NCBI GenBank assembly: GCA_018242085.1
Contig: JAFECO010000688.1
Coordinates: 1-41,202 of the forward strand
DNA length: 41,202 nucleotides
Direction: 5' to 3'
Source: Pseudomonadota bacterium
GTDB taxonomy: Bacteria; Pseudomonadota; Alphaproteobacteria; Micropepsales; Micropepsaceae
Shown here: positions 29,774 through 39,714 of the stretch, piece after piece
How the letters are laid out: every line of letters starts with the position of its first letter
Position numbering within the stretch: the first letter of the stretch is position 1
Position numbers and translations under genes: made by a program
Notes under the pieces: model-generated
What the model saw: only the letters and a program-made list of their open reading frames with translations
Database searches by the model: none
Told to the model about the DNA's origin: nothing

Positions 29774-32035
29774 ATGAGTGCCCCGTCCGTTCCCAGCGCG
29801 GTTCCCGCAAAGGCCGCGAACGCTCCTTCCGTCCCCGCCGCGGGTGCGCCGCGCGGGCGCCGGCGGCTGATGCGTCAGACCGATCTGGTCGAACGGGTCA
29901 CCGCCTATGATCCGGGCGCGGACGAGGCCATCCTCAACAAGGCCTATGTCTATGCCATGACCGCTCATGGCAAACAGTTCCGCGCATCGGGCGATCCTTA
30001 TTTCGCTCATCCCCTGGAAGTGGCCGCGATCCTCACCGAGCTCAAGCTCGATGTGCCCACCATCGTCACCGCGCTCTTGCACGACACGATCGAGGACACG
30101 CTGGTCACCTATGACGACATCAAGAAGAATTTCGGCGAGGAGATCGCCAATCTGGTCGACGGCGTCACCAAGCTGTCTCAGTTGGAGCTTTTCTCCGAAC
30201 GCACCAAGCAGGCGGAAAATTTCCGCAAGCTGATGCTGGCGATCACCAGCGATATCCGCGTGCTTTTGGTGAAGCTGGCGGATCGTCTGCACAACATGCG
30301 GACCCTGGGGTATATCGACAAACCGGAAAAGCGCCGCCGCATCGCCCAGGAGACGGTCGATATTTATGCGCCGCTGGCGGGGCGCATCGGCATGCAGAAT
30401 ATGCGCGAGGAGCTGGAAGATCTGGCTTTCGCGGAACTGGATCCCCATGCCCGCAATTCCATCGTCACCCATTTCGCGCGCCTGGACATGGTGGGCGGCG
30501 ACCGGGTGGGCCGCATCGCCGACCAGCTGAAGCGCAAGCTGGCGGAGCATGATTTGGATGCCTGGGTCTATGGCCGGGGCAAGCGGCCCTTTTCGATCTG
30601 GCGCAAGCTGCAGACCAAGAAACTCAATTTCGAGCAGCTGTCGGACATTTTTGGCTTCCGCGTCATCGTGCGGGATGTCGATGCCTGCTATCGGGCGCTG
30701 GGCATCATCCATACCAGCTGGCAGATGGTGCCGGAGCGGTTCAAGGATTTCATCTCCACCCCAAAGACCAATGGCTATCGCTCCATCCACACCACCGTAA
30801 TGGGGCCGGAAAAGCAGCGGGTGGAAATCCAGATCCGCACCCAAGACATGCATGACGTGGCAGAACGCGGCGTCGCCGCCCATTGGCGCTATCGCGAACA
30901 TGTTCCCGCACAAGGTGATGAAGGCGTGGCTTATGGCTGGCTGCGCGACATGGTCGATCTTCTGGAACGGGGCGACAGCGCCGAAGAGGTGCTGGAGAAT
31001 TCACGCCTCAACATGTATGCCGACCAAGTCTTCTGCTTCACGCCCAAGGGCAGCCTGATTTCCCTGCCGCGGGGCGCCACGCCGATCGATTTCGCTTATG
31101 CGGTCCACACCGATCTTGGCCACATGGCGGTGGGCGCCAAAGTGAATGGCGGTCATGTGCCGCTCCACACGCCGCTGCGCAATGGCGACCAGGTGGAGAT
31201 CATTTCCACCAAGGAACAAGCGCCGTCGCCTTTGTGGGAGCAGTTCGTCGTCACCGGCCGGGCCCGGGCGGAGATCCGCCGCTATCTGCGTCACGCCCAG
31301 CGGGGCGAGCATGTGAAGATGGGCCAGAAGATCCTGGAAAAGACTTTCGCGGAGCAAGGCGCGGAGCTCAGCGAAAAAGCCATCGGCGAAGTGGCCAAGA
31401 AATTGCGCCTGTCCAAGGCCGAAGATGTCTATGCCGATGTGGGGCGCGGCGTGCTGCGCGGCCATGAAGTGCTGGCGGCGGTCTTCCCCGAACTCAAACG
31501 TTCCGAGAAGGAGCGGATCAAGCAGGGCGGCCCCGCTGACATCGCCGCCAAGCCCATCTCCATCCGCGGCCTTACTGCGGGCATCGCTTACAATCTGGCG
31601 CCATGCTGCCATCCCTTGCCGGGCGACCGCATCGTGGGACTGATGACGCCGGGCGAGGGCGTCAATGTCCACACCATCGATTGCGCCGAACTGGACAAAG
31701 CGCAGAACATGGACGACTGGCTGGACGTGAGCTGGGGCCAGAATGCGGCAGAGAGCGGGCCCTCGGTCGGCCGCGTCGCGGTGCGCGTGAAGAACGAGCC
31801 GGGCAGCCTGGCGGCGGTGATGACGGTGATCGCGGCCAATGGCGGCAATATCTTCAACATGAAGGTAACCGCCCGTAATCCCTTATTCTTCGAATTCCAG
31901 ATGGATATCGAAGTCCGGGACGTCGGCCATTTGCAGAATATTCTGGGTGCGCTACGGGTGAATAACGCGGTCGAATCGGTTGATCGCGTGCGCGAAGCGG
32001 ACGCTTCGGCAAGTCATGAAGGGCCGCTGCCGTGA
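29774..32035 (+). CDS. spoT: Bifunctional (p)ppGpp synthetase/hydrolase (long RSH)
   Basis: LLHDTIED hydrolase motif, RFKD, GYRSIHT, EIQIRT, then TGS, CC and ACT domains. Start uncertain. Confidence 0.96.
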   Translation: MSAPSVPSAVPAKAANAPSVPAAGAPRGRRRLMRQTDLVERVTAYDPGADEAILNKAYVYAMTAHGKQFRASGDPYFAHPLEVAAILTELKLDVPTIVTALLHDTIEDTLVTYDDIKKNFGEEIANLVDGVTKLSQLELFSERTKQAENFRKLMLAITSDIRVLLVKLADRLHNMRTLGYIDKPEKRRRIAQETVDIYAPLAGRIGMQNMREELEDLAFAELDPHARNSIVTHFARLDMVGGDRVGRIADQLKRKLAEHDLDAWVYGRGKRPFSIWRKLQTKKLNFEQLSDIFGFRVIVRDVDACYRALGIIHTSWQMVPERFKDFISTPKTNGYRSIHTTVMGPEKQRVEIQIRTQDMHDVAERGVAAHWRYREHVPAQGDEGVAYGWLRDMVDLLERGDSAEEVLENSRLNMYADQVFCFTPKGSLISLPRGATPIDFAYAVHTDLGHMAVGAKVNGGHVPLHTPLRNGDQVEIISTKEQAPSPLWEQFVVTGRARAEIRRYLRHAQRGEHVKMGQKILEKTFAEQGAELSEKAIGEVAKKLRLSKAEDVYADVGRGVLRGHEVLAAVFPELKRSEKERIKQGGPADIAAKPISIRGLTAGIAYNLAPCCHPLPGDRIVGLMTPGEGVNVHTIDCAELDKAQNMDDWLDVSWGQNAAESGPSVGRVAVRVKNEPGSLAAVMTVIAANGGNIFNMKVTARNPLFFEFQMDIEVRDVGHLQNILGALRVNNAVESVDRVREADASASHEGPLP

Positions 32036-32616
32036 ACGTGGATCAAGTGTTAAATGAATTCAAGAAATCGGGCGCCTTGCTCGAAGGCCATTTCATCCTG
32101 TCCAGCGGACTTCACTCTGACAAGTTCCTGCAAAAGGCCCTGGTATTCCAGGACGCGAAGCGGACCGCCAAGCTCTGCAAGGCGCTGGCCGCCAAAGTGA
32201 AGAAAGAAGTCAAAGACGAAATCACCGTCATCGTTTCACCGGCCGTGGGCGGCATCGTTCCCGGTTATGAGATGGGCCGTCAGCTGGGTCTTCCCGCCAT
32301 GTATGTCGAGCGGGTGGACGGCACCTTTCAGCTGCGCCGCAACTTCACTCTCAAAAAGGGCCAGAAGGTCTTGATGGTGGAAGACATCATTTCGACCGGC
32401 GTCTCCTCGCGCGAATGCATCGCGGCGATCAAGGCGACCGGTGCCAAGGTGGTCGCGGCCTGCTGCCTGATCGATCGCTCCGCGGGCAAGGCCAAGGTGG
32501 GCGTGCCTTTGATCGCGCTGGCGGAATGGAAGGTGCAAGCCTGGCCGGCGGACAAGCTGCCGCCGCATCTGCGTAATATTCCGGCCGTAAAACCCGGTAG
32601 CCGAGGCCTTTCTTGA
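32032..32616 (+). CDS. pyrE: Orotate phosphoribosyltransferase
   Basis: GHFILSSGLHS and the VEDIISTG PRPP-binding motif. Confidence 0.95.
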   Translation: MNVDQVLNEFKKSGALLEGHFILSSGLHSDKFLQKALVFQDAKRTAKLCKALAAKVKKEVKDEITVIVSPAVGGIVPGYEMGRQLGLPAMYVERVDGTFQLRRNFTLKKGQKVLMVEDIISTGVSSRECIAAIKATGAKVVAACCLIDRSAGKAKVGVPLIALAEWKVQAWPADKLPPHLRNIPAVKPGSRGLS

Positions 32617-32646
32617 TAGGAATATGGGCTTGATAGGGAGTTGGGC

Positions 32647-33375
32647 GTGAAGACCCTTCGTCTGGGCGTCAACATCGATCATGTCGCCACCGTGCGCAAC
32701 GCACGGGGCGGAGCGACGCCGGATCCGATCCGGGCCGCGCTGATCGCCCAGGCGGCGGGCGCCGACGGCATCACCGCCCATCTGCGCGAGGACCGGCGTC
32801 ACATTTCCGACCAGGACATTGCGCGGCTGTCGCGCGATCTGGAAATCCCCCTCAATCTGGAAATGGCCGCCACGGACGAGATGCTGGCGATCGCATTGAA
32901 AGCGCGCCCGCACGCGACCTGCATCGTGCCGGAGAAGCGCGAAGAGCGCACCACCGAGGGCGGCATCGACGTGGTCGGTCATTTTGCCCGGCTGAAACCC
33001 ATTGTGAGCGCACTTGGCGCGGCGGGCATCCGGGTCTCGATGTTCATCGAACCGGACCGCAAGCAGCTTGACGCCTCGCGCGAACTGGGCGCGCCGGTGG
33101 TCGAATTGCACACCGGCGCCTATGCCAATGCGTCGGGTGCCGAACAGGACAGGCTGCTGAAGCATATCCACAACGCTGCGGAGTTCGGGGCCGATCTCGG
33201 CCTGGAAATTCATGCCGGGCATGGCCTCACCTATGAGAATGTGAAACCGGTCGCCGCCATCCCCCATATCCGCGAACTCAATATCGGTCATTTCCTGATC
33301 GGCGAGGCGATCTTCATCGGCCTGACCGACTCGATCCAGAAGATGCGGCGCCTGATGGATGACGCACGCGCATGA
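32647..33375 (+). CDS. pdxJ: Pyridoxine 5'-phosphate synthase
   Basis: LGVNIDHVATVRNAR, HLREDRRHI, HAGHGL, LNIGH. Confidence 0.98.
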   Translation: MKTLRLGVNIDHVATVRNARGGATPDPIRAALIAQAAGADGITAHLREDRRHISDQDIARLSRDLEIPLNLEMAATDEMLAIALKARPHATCIVPEKREERTTEGGIDVVGHFARLKPIVSALGAAGIRVSMFIEPDRKQLDASRELGAPVVELHTGAYANASGAEQDRLLKHIHNAAEFGADLGLEIHAGHGLTYENVKPVAAIPHIRELNIGHFLIGEAIFIGLTDSIQKMRRLMDDARA

Positions 33376-33377
33376 TG

Positions 33378-33438
33378 CTTCGGCAAGCTCAGCATGAGGA
33401 GCGTTTTGATTTGATCTTCACCCTGAGCCTGTCGAAGG
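33378..33438. repeat. REP-like inverted doublet
   Basis: cttcggcaagctcagcatgagg ... cttcaccctgagcctgtcgaag, an imperfect 22-bp inverted pair. Confidence 0.75.
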
Positions 33439-33511
33439 GCGAGAAGCGCTTTGCCGAAGGCAAGCGGCGAGCGCCGCGGGTTAGGGCAAGCGGCCGGGAT
33501 GTGGGGCAAGA

Positions 33512-33913
33512 ATGATCCTCGGCTTAGGCTCTGACCTCATCGATATCCGCCGCATCGAGAAAACCCTGGAAAAACACGGCGAACGATTCATCGCCCGGAT
33601 CTTTACCGATGTGGAGCGGGCCAAATCCGAAGCCAGGGTCAATCGCGCGGCCTCCTACGCCAAGCGGTTCGCCGCCAAGGAAGCCTGTGCCAAGGCCCTG
33701 GGCACTGGCCTCAGCGAAGGGGTGTTCTGGCGCGACATGGGGGTGGTTAACCTGCCGTCCGGCAAGCCCACCATGAAGCTCACGGGCGGCGCGCTGGCGC
33801 GGCTTCAGGCGATCACTCCGCCGGGACATAAGGTTCAGATCGACCTGTCCATTACCGACGATTTTCCCCTGGCCCAGGCCATCGTGATCATCTCGTCGCT
33901 CACCGAGAATTAA
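33512..33913 (+). CDS. acpS: Holo-ACP synthase
   Basis: [24 protein letters not shown]. Confidence 0.97.
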   Translation: MILGLGSDLIDIRRIEKTLEKHGERFIARIFTDVERAKSEARVNRAASYAKRFAAKEACAKALGTGLSEGVFWRDMGVVNLPSGKPTMKLTGGALARLQAITPPGHKVQIDLSITDDFPLAQAIVIISSLTEN

Positions 33914-33983
33914 CAAGGAAATCCTTGACAGTCCTCGCGGGGGATCGTTTCTGTCCCGCAATCCTCCAGATAGCCCGGAACTC

Positions 33984-34757
33984 ATGGCCGACACCCCCAC
34001 TCAGAGCAAGCAGGCTGCGGCCAAGCAGGGCGAATCCTGGACCGAGCTGGCCAAGACCGTCATCTATGCCGGGCTGATCGCCTTGGTGATCCGCACCTTC
34101 CTGTTTCAGCCTTTCAACATTCCGTCCGCCTCGATGGAGGGAACCCTCCTGATCGGCGACTATCTGTTCGTGGAGAAATTCGCTTACGGCTATAGCCGCT
34201 ATACGTTTCCGTTCGGCGGCTGGCCGTTCGGCGACAGTCTGCATGGCCGGTTCATGGGCCGCACGCCCCAGCGCGGCGATGTCATCGTCTTCAAATTTCC
34301 CCAGGACAATTCCACCGATTTCATCAAGCGGCTGATCGGGCTGCCGGGTGACACGATCCAGATGAAAGAGGGCGTGTTGTGGCTGAACGGCAAGCCGGTG
34401 CCCAAGGTGCGTGAAGCCGACTATGTCGAGACCATCGATGGCGAGGAACATCACGTTCCCCAATATCGCGAGACATTGCCGGGCGGCCAGAGCTACCTCA
34501 CCCTGGATCGCGATCCGGAAGGGCCCGCCGACAACACCGATGTCTACACCGTGCCGGCCGGCCATTATTTCATGATGGGCGACAATCGCGACAATTCCGC
34601 CGACAGCCGCACGGAAGTCGGGTATGTCCCCGCCGAGAATCTCGAAGGCAAGGCGGAGTTCCGCTTCTTCTCCACCAATGGCAGCGCGCGCTTCTGGGAA
34701 GTCTGGAAATGGCCTTTCGCCATCCGGTATACGCGCCTGCTGACGCCGATCCACTAA
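33984..34757 (+). CDS. lepB: Signal peptidase I
   Basis: IPSASM, FIKRLIGLPGD, MGDNRDNSADSR. Confidence 0.98.
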   Translation: MADTPTQSKQAAAKQGESWTELAKTVIYAGLIALVIRTFLFQPFNIPSASMEGTLLIGDYLFVEKFAYGYSRYTFPFGGWPFGDSLHGRFMGRTPQRGDVIVFKFPQDNSTDFIKRLIGLPGDTIQMKEGVLWLNGKPVPKVREADYVETIDGEEHHVPQYRETLPGGQSYLTLDRDPEGPADNTDVYTVPAGHYFMMGDNRDNSADSRTEVGYVPAENLEGKAEFRFFSTNGSARFWEVWKWPFAIRYTRLLTPIH

Positions 34758-34762
34758 GCGCT

Positions 34763-35431
34763 TTGCGCGACCTCGGCCCGCTCGAAGACAAGCTCGGTCA
34801 TCGCTTCTCGGACCGCGAACTTCTCAAGCGCGCGCTCACCCATGCCAGCGCCACCGCGATCCTCTCCAATGAAAGGCTGGAATTCCTGGGCGACCGGGTC
34901 TTGGGCCTGATCGTGGCCGAAACGCTCCATGCCCGTCATGTCAGCGAAAGCGAAGGCGCGCTGACCGTCCGTTTTCACGCCCTGGTGCGGGCGGAGGCCT
35001 GCGCCCGGGTTGCCGAGGCGTTGGGACTGCCCGATTATATCAAGCTCGCGGGCACCGGTTTCGACAGTGCCCGCGCCAAGGCGGCGATCCTCAGCGATGT
35101 CTGCGAGGCGGTGATTGCGGCACTCTATCTGGATGGCGGCATGGCGGCGGCCAGGGCTTTCGTGATGCGGTATTGGGCGCAGATGTTCGACGATCCGGGG
35201 CAGGGCGCGGAAATGCGCGATGCCAAGACCCGGTTGCAGGAATGGGCCCAGGGCCGGGGCCTTCCCACGCCGGCTTATCGCGAAATAGAGCGGACGGGAC
35301 CGGCCCATGCGCCGCATTTCGTGATGGAGGTGATGGTGGAAGGGGAAAAGCCGCAGAGCGGCCAAGGCGGTTCCAAGCGCGAAGCAGAGCAGGACGCGGC
35401 CGGCAAGCTGCTGGCGCGGGTCATGGCATGA
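34763..35431 (+). CDS. rnc: Ribonuclease III
   Basis: NERLEFLGD, DVCEAVIAALYLDGG and a dsRBD. TTG start inferred. Confidence 0.96.
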   Translation: MRDLGPLEDKLGHRFSDRELLKRALTHASATAILSNERLEFLGDRVLGLIVAETLHARHVSESEGALTVRFHALVRAEACARVAEALGLPDYIKLAGTGFDSARAKAAILSDVCEAVIAALYLDGGMAAARAFVMRYWAQMFDDPGQGAEMRDAKTRLQEWAQGRGLPTPAYREIERTGPAHAPHFVMEVMVEGEKPQSGQGGSKREAEQDAAGKLLARVMA

Positions 35432-36348
35432 CCACACGTTGCGGCTTCTGCGCCATCATCGGCGCTCCCAATGCGGGCAAGTCCACGCTCACCAATGCCC
35501 TGGTGGGTTCGAAGGTGGCCATCGTCAGTCCCAAGGTACAGACCACGCGCATGACGGTGCGCGGCGTGGCGATCGCGGGCGAAACCCAGATCGTCTTTGT
35601 CGACACGCCGGGCATTTTCCGGCCCCGCCGCCGGCTGGACCGGGCCATGGTCGGTGCGGCCTGGGCCGGTGCCGAAGACGCGGACGCCATTCTGCTTGTG
35701 GTGGATGCCGCCGATCTTGCCGCCAATCCCAATTCACCGGCCGCGCGGGACACCGCGGCGATCCTGGAAGGCTTGAAGGAGGCCAAAGGCAAAAAGACCG
35801 CCCTGGTCCTCAACAAGATCGATGGGATGAAGCGCACGGATCTTTTGCCGATGGTGGAACGCTTTCATGCCGAAGCGGTGTTCGAGGACGTGTTCCTGCT
35901 TTCGGCCCTGAAAGGCGATGGCGTGAGCGACGTCGCGGCATGGGTGGCGGCGCGGATGCCCGAAGGTCCCTGGCTCTATCCCGAAGACCAGGCCGCCGAC
36001 ATTCCCATGCGCCTTCTGGCGGCCGAGATCACGCGGGAGAAAATCTATCACCGCCTGCATGACGAGCTGCCTTATGCCAGCGCGGTCGAAACGGAAAAAT
36101 GGGAGGAGCGCAAGGATGGCTCGGTCCGGATCGATCAAGTGATCTTTGTCCAGCGCGACGGCCAGAAAGGCATTGTGCTGGGCAAAGGCGGCCAGACCGT
36201 CAAGATCATCGGCGAACTGGCGCGCAAGGAGATGGAAGAGTTGTTCGGCCGCCGGGTACACTTGTTCTTGTTTGTGAAGGTGCGCGAGGACTGGGCGGAC
36301 AATCGCGAACATTATCGCGAAATCGGTTTAGACTTTCCGGAAGAGTAG
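35428..36348 (+). CDS. era: GTPase Era
   Basis: GAPNAGKS, QTTR, DTPG, NKID and a KH domain. Confidence 0.98.
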   Translation: MTTRCGFCAIIGAPNAGKSTLTNALVGSKVAIVSPKVQTTRMTVRGVAIAGETQIVFVDTPGIFRPRRRLDRAMVGAAWAGAEDADAILLVVDAADLAANPNSPAARDTAAILEGLKEAKGKKTALVLNKIDGMKRTDLLPMVERFHAEAVFEDVFLLSALKGDGVSDVAAWVAARMPEGPWLYPEDQAADIPMRLLAAEITREKIYHRLHDELPYASAVETEKWEERKDGSVRIDQVIFVQRDGQKGIVLGKGGQTVKIIGELARKEMEELFGRRVHLFLFVKVREDWADNREHYREIGLDFPEE

Positions 36349-36356
36349 GAAGCACA

Positions 36357-36441
36357 GGCTTTCTTCCCCCGTTTGGGCGAAGCCCATGACGGGGGAAGAT
36401 GTCCGCTAGCGGGCTTGCCCGCGTGGCGGACAGATGGGGGC
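36357..36441 (-). repeat. Two-hairpin intergenic repeat, copy 3
   Basis: On +: CTTTCTTCCCCC...GGGCGAAGCCC...GGGGGAAGATGT...GGGCTTGCCC...ACAGATGGGGGC. Confidence 0.92.
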
Positions 36442-36448
36442 CATAGAA

Positions 36449-37174
36449 ATGGAATGGATCGATCGCGGCATCGTCTTGTCTTCGCGCAGTTACGGCGAAA
36501 CCGGCATCATTGCCGATGTGCTGACGCAGGCACATGGCCGTCATTTGGGATTGGTGCGCGGAAGCAAGGCGCGGGCCGCTTTGCAGCCCGGCAACAGCTT
36601 GTCCTTGACCTGGCGGGCCCGGCTGCCGGAACAGTTGGGAAGCTATGCGGTGGAATTGGCGCGGGCCCGTGCCGGTGCTCTGATGGAAAGCCGCGACAGC
36701 CTGACTGGGCTCAATGCCTTTTGTACGGTCGCCGGCGCGGCCTTGCCGGAACATCAGGTGCATGCGGCGCTGCACGACGTGGCCGAAATTCTCTTGGATG
36801 CGATGATGGAGAGCGATTTCGCCCATTGGGGGCCGCTCTATGTGCGCTGGGAAGCGGGGCTGCTGGATGCGCTGGGCTTCGGACTTGACCTTTCTCAATG
36901 CGCCGCAACCGGAAGCGTCCAGGATTTGATCTATGTTTCGCCCCGTACCGGCCGGGCGGTTTCACAAGGCGCCGGGGCGGACTATGCGTCGCGACTGTTG
37001 CCATTGCCCCAGTTCCTTTTGGGAGCATCCGAGGCGCCGGACCTGGCGGCGACCCGCGCCGGGTTGAAGTTGACAGGACATTTTCTGCTGGAGCGGGTTT
37101 TGGCGCCCCATGGCCGCGAAATGCCGCAAGCCAGGCACCGGCTGGACGCGCTCGCGGACAGCCAAATCAAATGA
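36449..37174 (+). CDS. recO: DNA repair protein RecO
   Basis: MEWIDRGIVL...YGE, HGRHLGLVRG, LGFGLDLSQCA, YVSPRTGRAVS; follows era as expected. Confidence 0.96.
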   Translation: MEWIDRGIVLSSRSYGETGIIADVLTQAHGRHLGLVRGSKARAALQPGNSLSLTWRARLPEQLGSYAVELARARAGALMESRDSLTGLNAFCTVAGAALPEHQVHAALHDVAEILLDAMMESDFAHWGPLYVRWEAGLLDALGFGLDLSQCAATGSVQDLIYVSPRTGRAVSQGAGADYASRLLPLPQFLLGASEAPDLAATRAGLKLTGHFLLERVLAPHGREMPQARHRLDALADSQIK

Positions 37175-37267
37175 CGCCTGGATGCGCTGGCGGCCTAACC
37201 GAATCGGATTAGAACCGCCTCCATGGGTGCATCGGCTGGACGCGCCCGCGGACAGCCATCAAAGACG
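37135..37267 (+). repeat. Degenerate direct repeat of the recO 3' end
   Basis: 37135-37176 gcaccggctggacgcgctcgcggacagccaaatcaaatgacg versus 37229-37267 gcatcggctggacgcgcccgcggacagccatcaaagacg. Confidence 0.8.
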
Positions 37268-37306
37268 TCAGGCAAGGCGCCTGGTGAAGCGAGCAAAAGT
37301 TTCAAT

Positions 37307-39559
37307 ATGGGTGCTGCCGTAAAACCTGACGATATCCGTTCCGAGCCATTGGCGCAGGCGCTGGCCGAGCGCTATCTGGCCTATGCGCTGTCCACCATCA
37401 CCCAGCGCGCCTTGCCGGACGTGCGCGACGGCTTGAAGCCGGTGCATCGCCGGCTGATGCACGCCATGCGCCTTTTGGGGCTGAACCCGGCTGCGGGTTT
37501 CAAGAAATGCGCCCGCGTGGTGGGCGATGTGATCGGCAAATATCACCCGCACGGCGATCTGGCGATCTATGAGGCGCTGGTGCGCCTGGCGCAGGATTTC
37601 GCGCTGCGTTATCCCCTGATCGAAGGCCAGGGCAATTTCGGCAATGTCGATGGCGATAACGCCGCCGCCATGCGTTACACCGAGAGCCGCCTTACCGAAG
37701 TGGCGCAGGCGCTGCTGGAAGGCCTGGACGAAAATGCAGTCGATTTCCGTCCCACCTATGACGGCGAAGATGACGAGCCGGTGGTGCTGCCGGCGGCATT
37801 CCCCAATCTTCTGGCCAATGGCTCGTCGGGCATTGCGGTGGGCATGGCGACGTCGATCCCGCCGCACAATCTGGGTGAACTTTGCAGCGCCCTGGTGACT
37901 TTGATCGAAAATCCCGACGCGCAGGACCGCAGCCTGCTGAAATTCGTCAAGGGTCCGGATTTTCCCACCGGCGGCATCGTGGTGGAGGATCAGGCCGCCA
38001 TTCACGAAGCCTATAAGACCGGGCGCGGCGGTTTCCGTCTGCGCGCGCGCTGGGAAAAGGAAGAAGGCGCCCGCGGCGTCTATCAGATCGTCATCACCGA
38101 AATTCCGTATCAGGTTCAGAAAGCCAAGCTGATCGAGCGCATCGCCGAATTGCTGGACCTAAAGAAGCTGCCGCTGCTGGACGATATTCACGACGAAAGC
38201 GCCGAGGATATCCGCATCGTGCTTTCGCCCAAGAACCGCACGGTGGATGCCAATCTGCTGATGGAACAGATGTTCCGGCAGAGCGACCTGGAAGTGCGGA
38301 TTCCGCTCAACCTCAATGTCCTGGACAAGGGGCAGGTGCCCAAGGTGATGAGCTTGAAGCAGGCGCTTCAGGCCTTTATCGATCACCGCCGCGATGTATT
38401 GGAGCGCCGCTCCCGGCACCGGCTGGAAAAGATCGCGGCGCGGCTGGAAGTTCTGGAAGGCTATCTCGCCGCTTATCTGAACCTCGACAAGGTTATCAAG
38501 ATCATCCGCACCGAGGATGAGCCCAAGCCGAAATTGATGAAGGCCTTCGACCTCAACGAGAACCAGGCCGAAGCCATCCTCAATATGCGGCTGCGTGCGT
38601 TGCGCAAGCTGGAAGAAATGGAGATCCGCGGCGAGCATGCCGAGCTCACCCGCGAGCAGAAGGATCTCACCAAGCTTCTGGGGTCCGAGAAGCTCAAATC
38701 CCAGAAACTGATCGAAGAAGTCAAAGAGATCGACGCGAAATTCGGCGCCAAGACCAAATTGGGCAAGCGCCGCACCGAAATCGCGGGTGCCCGCGACGTG
38801 GCGGAATTGTCGGCGCTCGCCGAAGAAGCGGTCGAACTGGCGAGCGCGGTGGAAAAGGAACCCATCACCATCGTCTGCTCTCAGAAATTGTGGCTGAGGG
38901 CTTTGAAAGGACATCAGGAGGAAAGCGACGCGGTGAAATACCGCGAGGGCGACCGCCGCCGCTTCTGGATTCATGCCCAGACCACCGACAAGTTGATGAT
39001 GCTGGCGACCGATGGCCGTTTCTTCACGCTGGATTGCAGCAAGCTGCCGGGCGGGCGTGGCAATGGCGAGGCCATCCGGACCTTCATCGACCTGCCACCC
39101 GAAGCCGATATCGCGGCCATGTTCGTGCATGTGCCGGGCCGCAAGCTCTTGCTCGCCGCCACGTCGGGCCATGGCTTCATCACCTCCGAGGACGACGCCA
39201 TTGCCATGACCAAGAACGGCAAGCGGGTGATGAACGTAAAGCCTGGGATCGAAGCGGCGGTGGCGCGGCCGGTGGAAGGCGACCATGTCGCGGTGACGGG
39301 CGAGAACCGGAAGCTTCTGATCTTCGCGCTATCCGAAGTGCCGGAGATGGCGCGGGGGCAGGGCGTCTATTTGCAGCGCTACAAGGATGGCGGTCTGCTG
39401 GATGCCATTGCCTTTGTCTGGAAAGAAGGCCTGGTCGACGAGAACAACCGGAACTTTCCGGCATCGGAGCTCAAGGAATGGAAGGGCGAGCGCGCCCAGG
39501 CCGGCCGCATCGTTCCGCGCGGCTGGGCCAAGTCCGGAAAGTTCGCCGCGACTCTGTGA
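37307..39559 (+). CDS. parC: DNA topoisomerase IV subunit A
   Basis: [28 protein letters not shown]; short CTD with no GyrA box. Confidence 0.95.
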   Translation: MGAAVKPDDIRSEPLAQALAERYLAYALSTITQRALPDVRDGLKPVHRRLMHAMRLLGLNPAAGFKKCARVVGDVIGKYHPHGDLAIYEALVRLAQDFALRYPLIEGQGNFGNVDGDNAAAMRYTESRLTEVAQALLEGLDENAVDFRPTYDGEDDEPVVLPAAFPNLLANGSSGIAVGMATSIPPHNLGELCSALVTLIENPDAQDRSLLKFVKGPDFPTGGIVVEDQAAIHEAYKTGRGGFRLRARWEKEEGARGVYQIVITEIPYQVQKAKLIERIAELLDLKKLPLLDDIHDESAEDIRIVLSPKNRTVDANLLMEQMFRQSDLEVRIPLNLNVLDKGQVPKVMSLKQALQAFIDHRRDVLERRSRHRLEKIAARLEVLEGYLAAYLNLDKVIKIIRTEDEPKPKLMKAFDLNENQAEAILNMRLRALRKLEEMEIRGEHAELTREQKDLTKLLGSEKLKSQKLIEEVKEIDAKFGAKTKLGKRRTEIAGARDVAELSALAEEAVELASAVEKEPITIVCSQKLWLRALKGHQEESDAVKYREGDRRRFWIHAQTTDKLMMLATDGRFFTLDCSKLPGGRGNGEAIRTFIDLPPEADIAAMFVHVPGRKLLLAATSGHGFITSEDDAIAMTKNGKRVMNVKPGIEAAVARPVEGDHVAVTGENRKLLIFALSEVPEMARGQGVYLQRYKDGGLLDAIAFVWKEGLVDENNRNFPASELKEWKGERAQAGRIVPRGWAKSGKFAATL

Positions 39560-39573
39560 TGGACGGTCGGGTC

Positions 39574-39654
39574 TTATGCGTGGCCGGTCACCAGCCAGAG
39601 AATGATGATGATCGGCAATGGAATGCCGATCGCCCACAGAAGCACCGAGCGCAT
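39574..39654 (-). CDS. 26-aa hydrophobic microprotein
   Basis: MRSVLLWAIGIPLPIIIILWLVTGHA with SD GGTGGAG upstream. Below the ORF-track cutoff. Confidence 0.75.
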   Translation of the reverse strand: MRSVLLWAIGIPLPIIIILWLVTGHA

Positions 39655-39682
39655 GTTTCTCTCCACCTTTTGCTGGAGAGAT

Positions 39683-39707
39683 AACCGAGCTTTAGGGAAG
39701 CAGTTCC
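39683..39707 (-). promoter_or_regulatory. EcfG/SigT (general stress response) type promoter
   Basis: Minus strand GGAAC-N16-GGTT, 28 nt upstream of the microprotein ATG. Confidence 0.6.
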
Positions 39708-39714
39708 GAGTATG

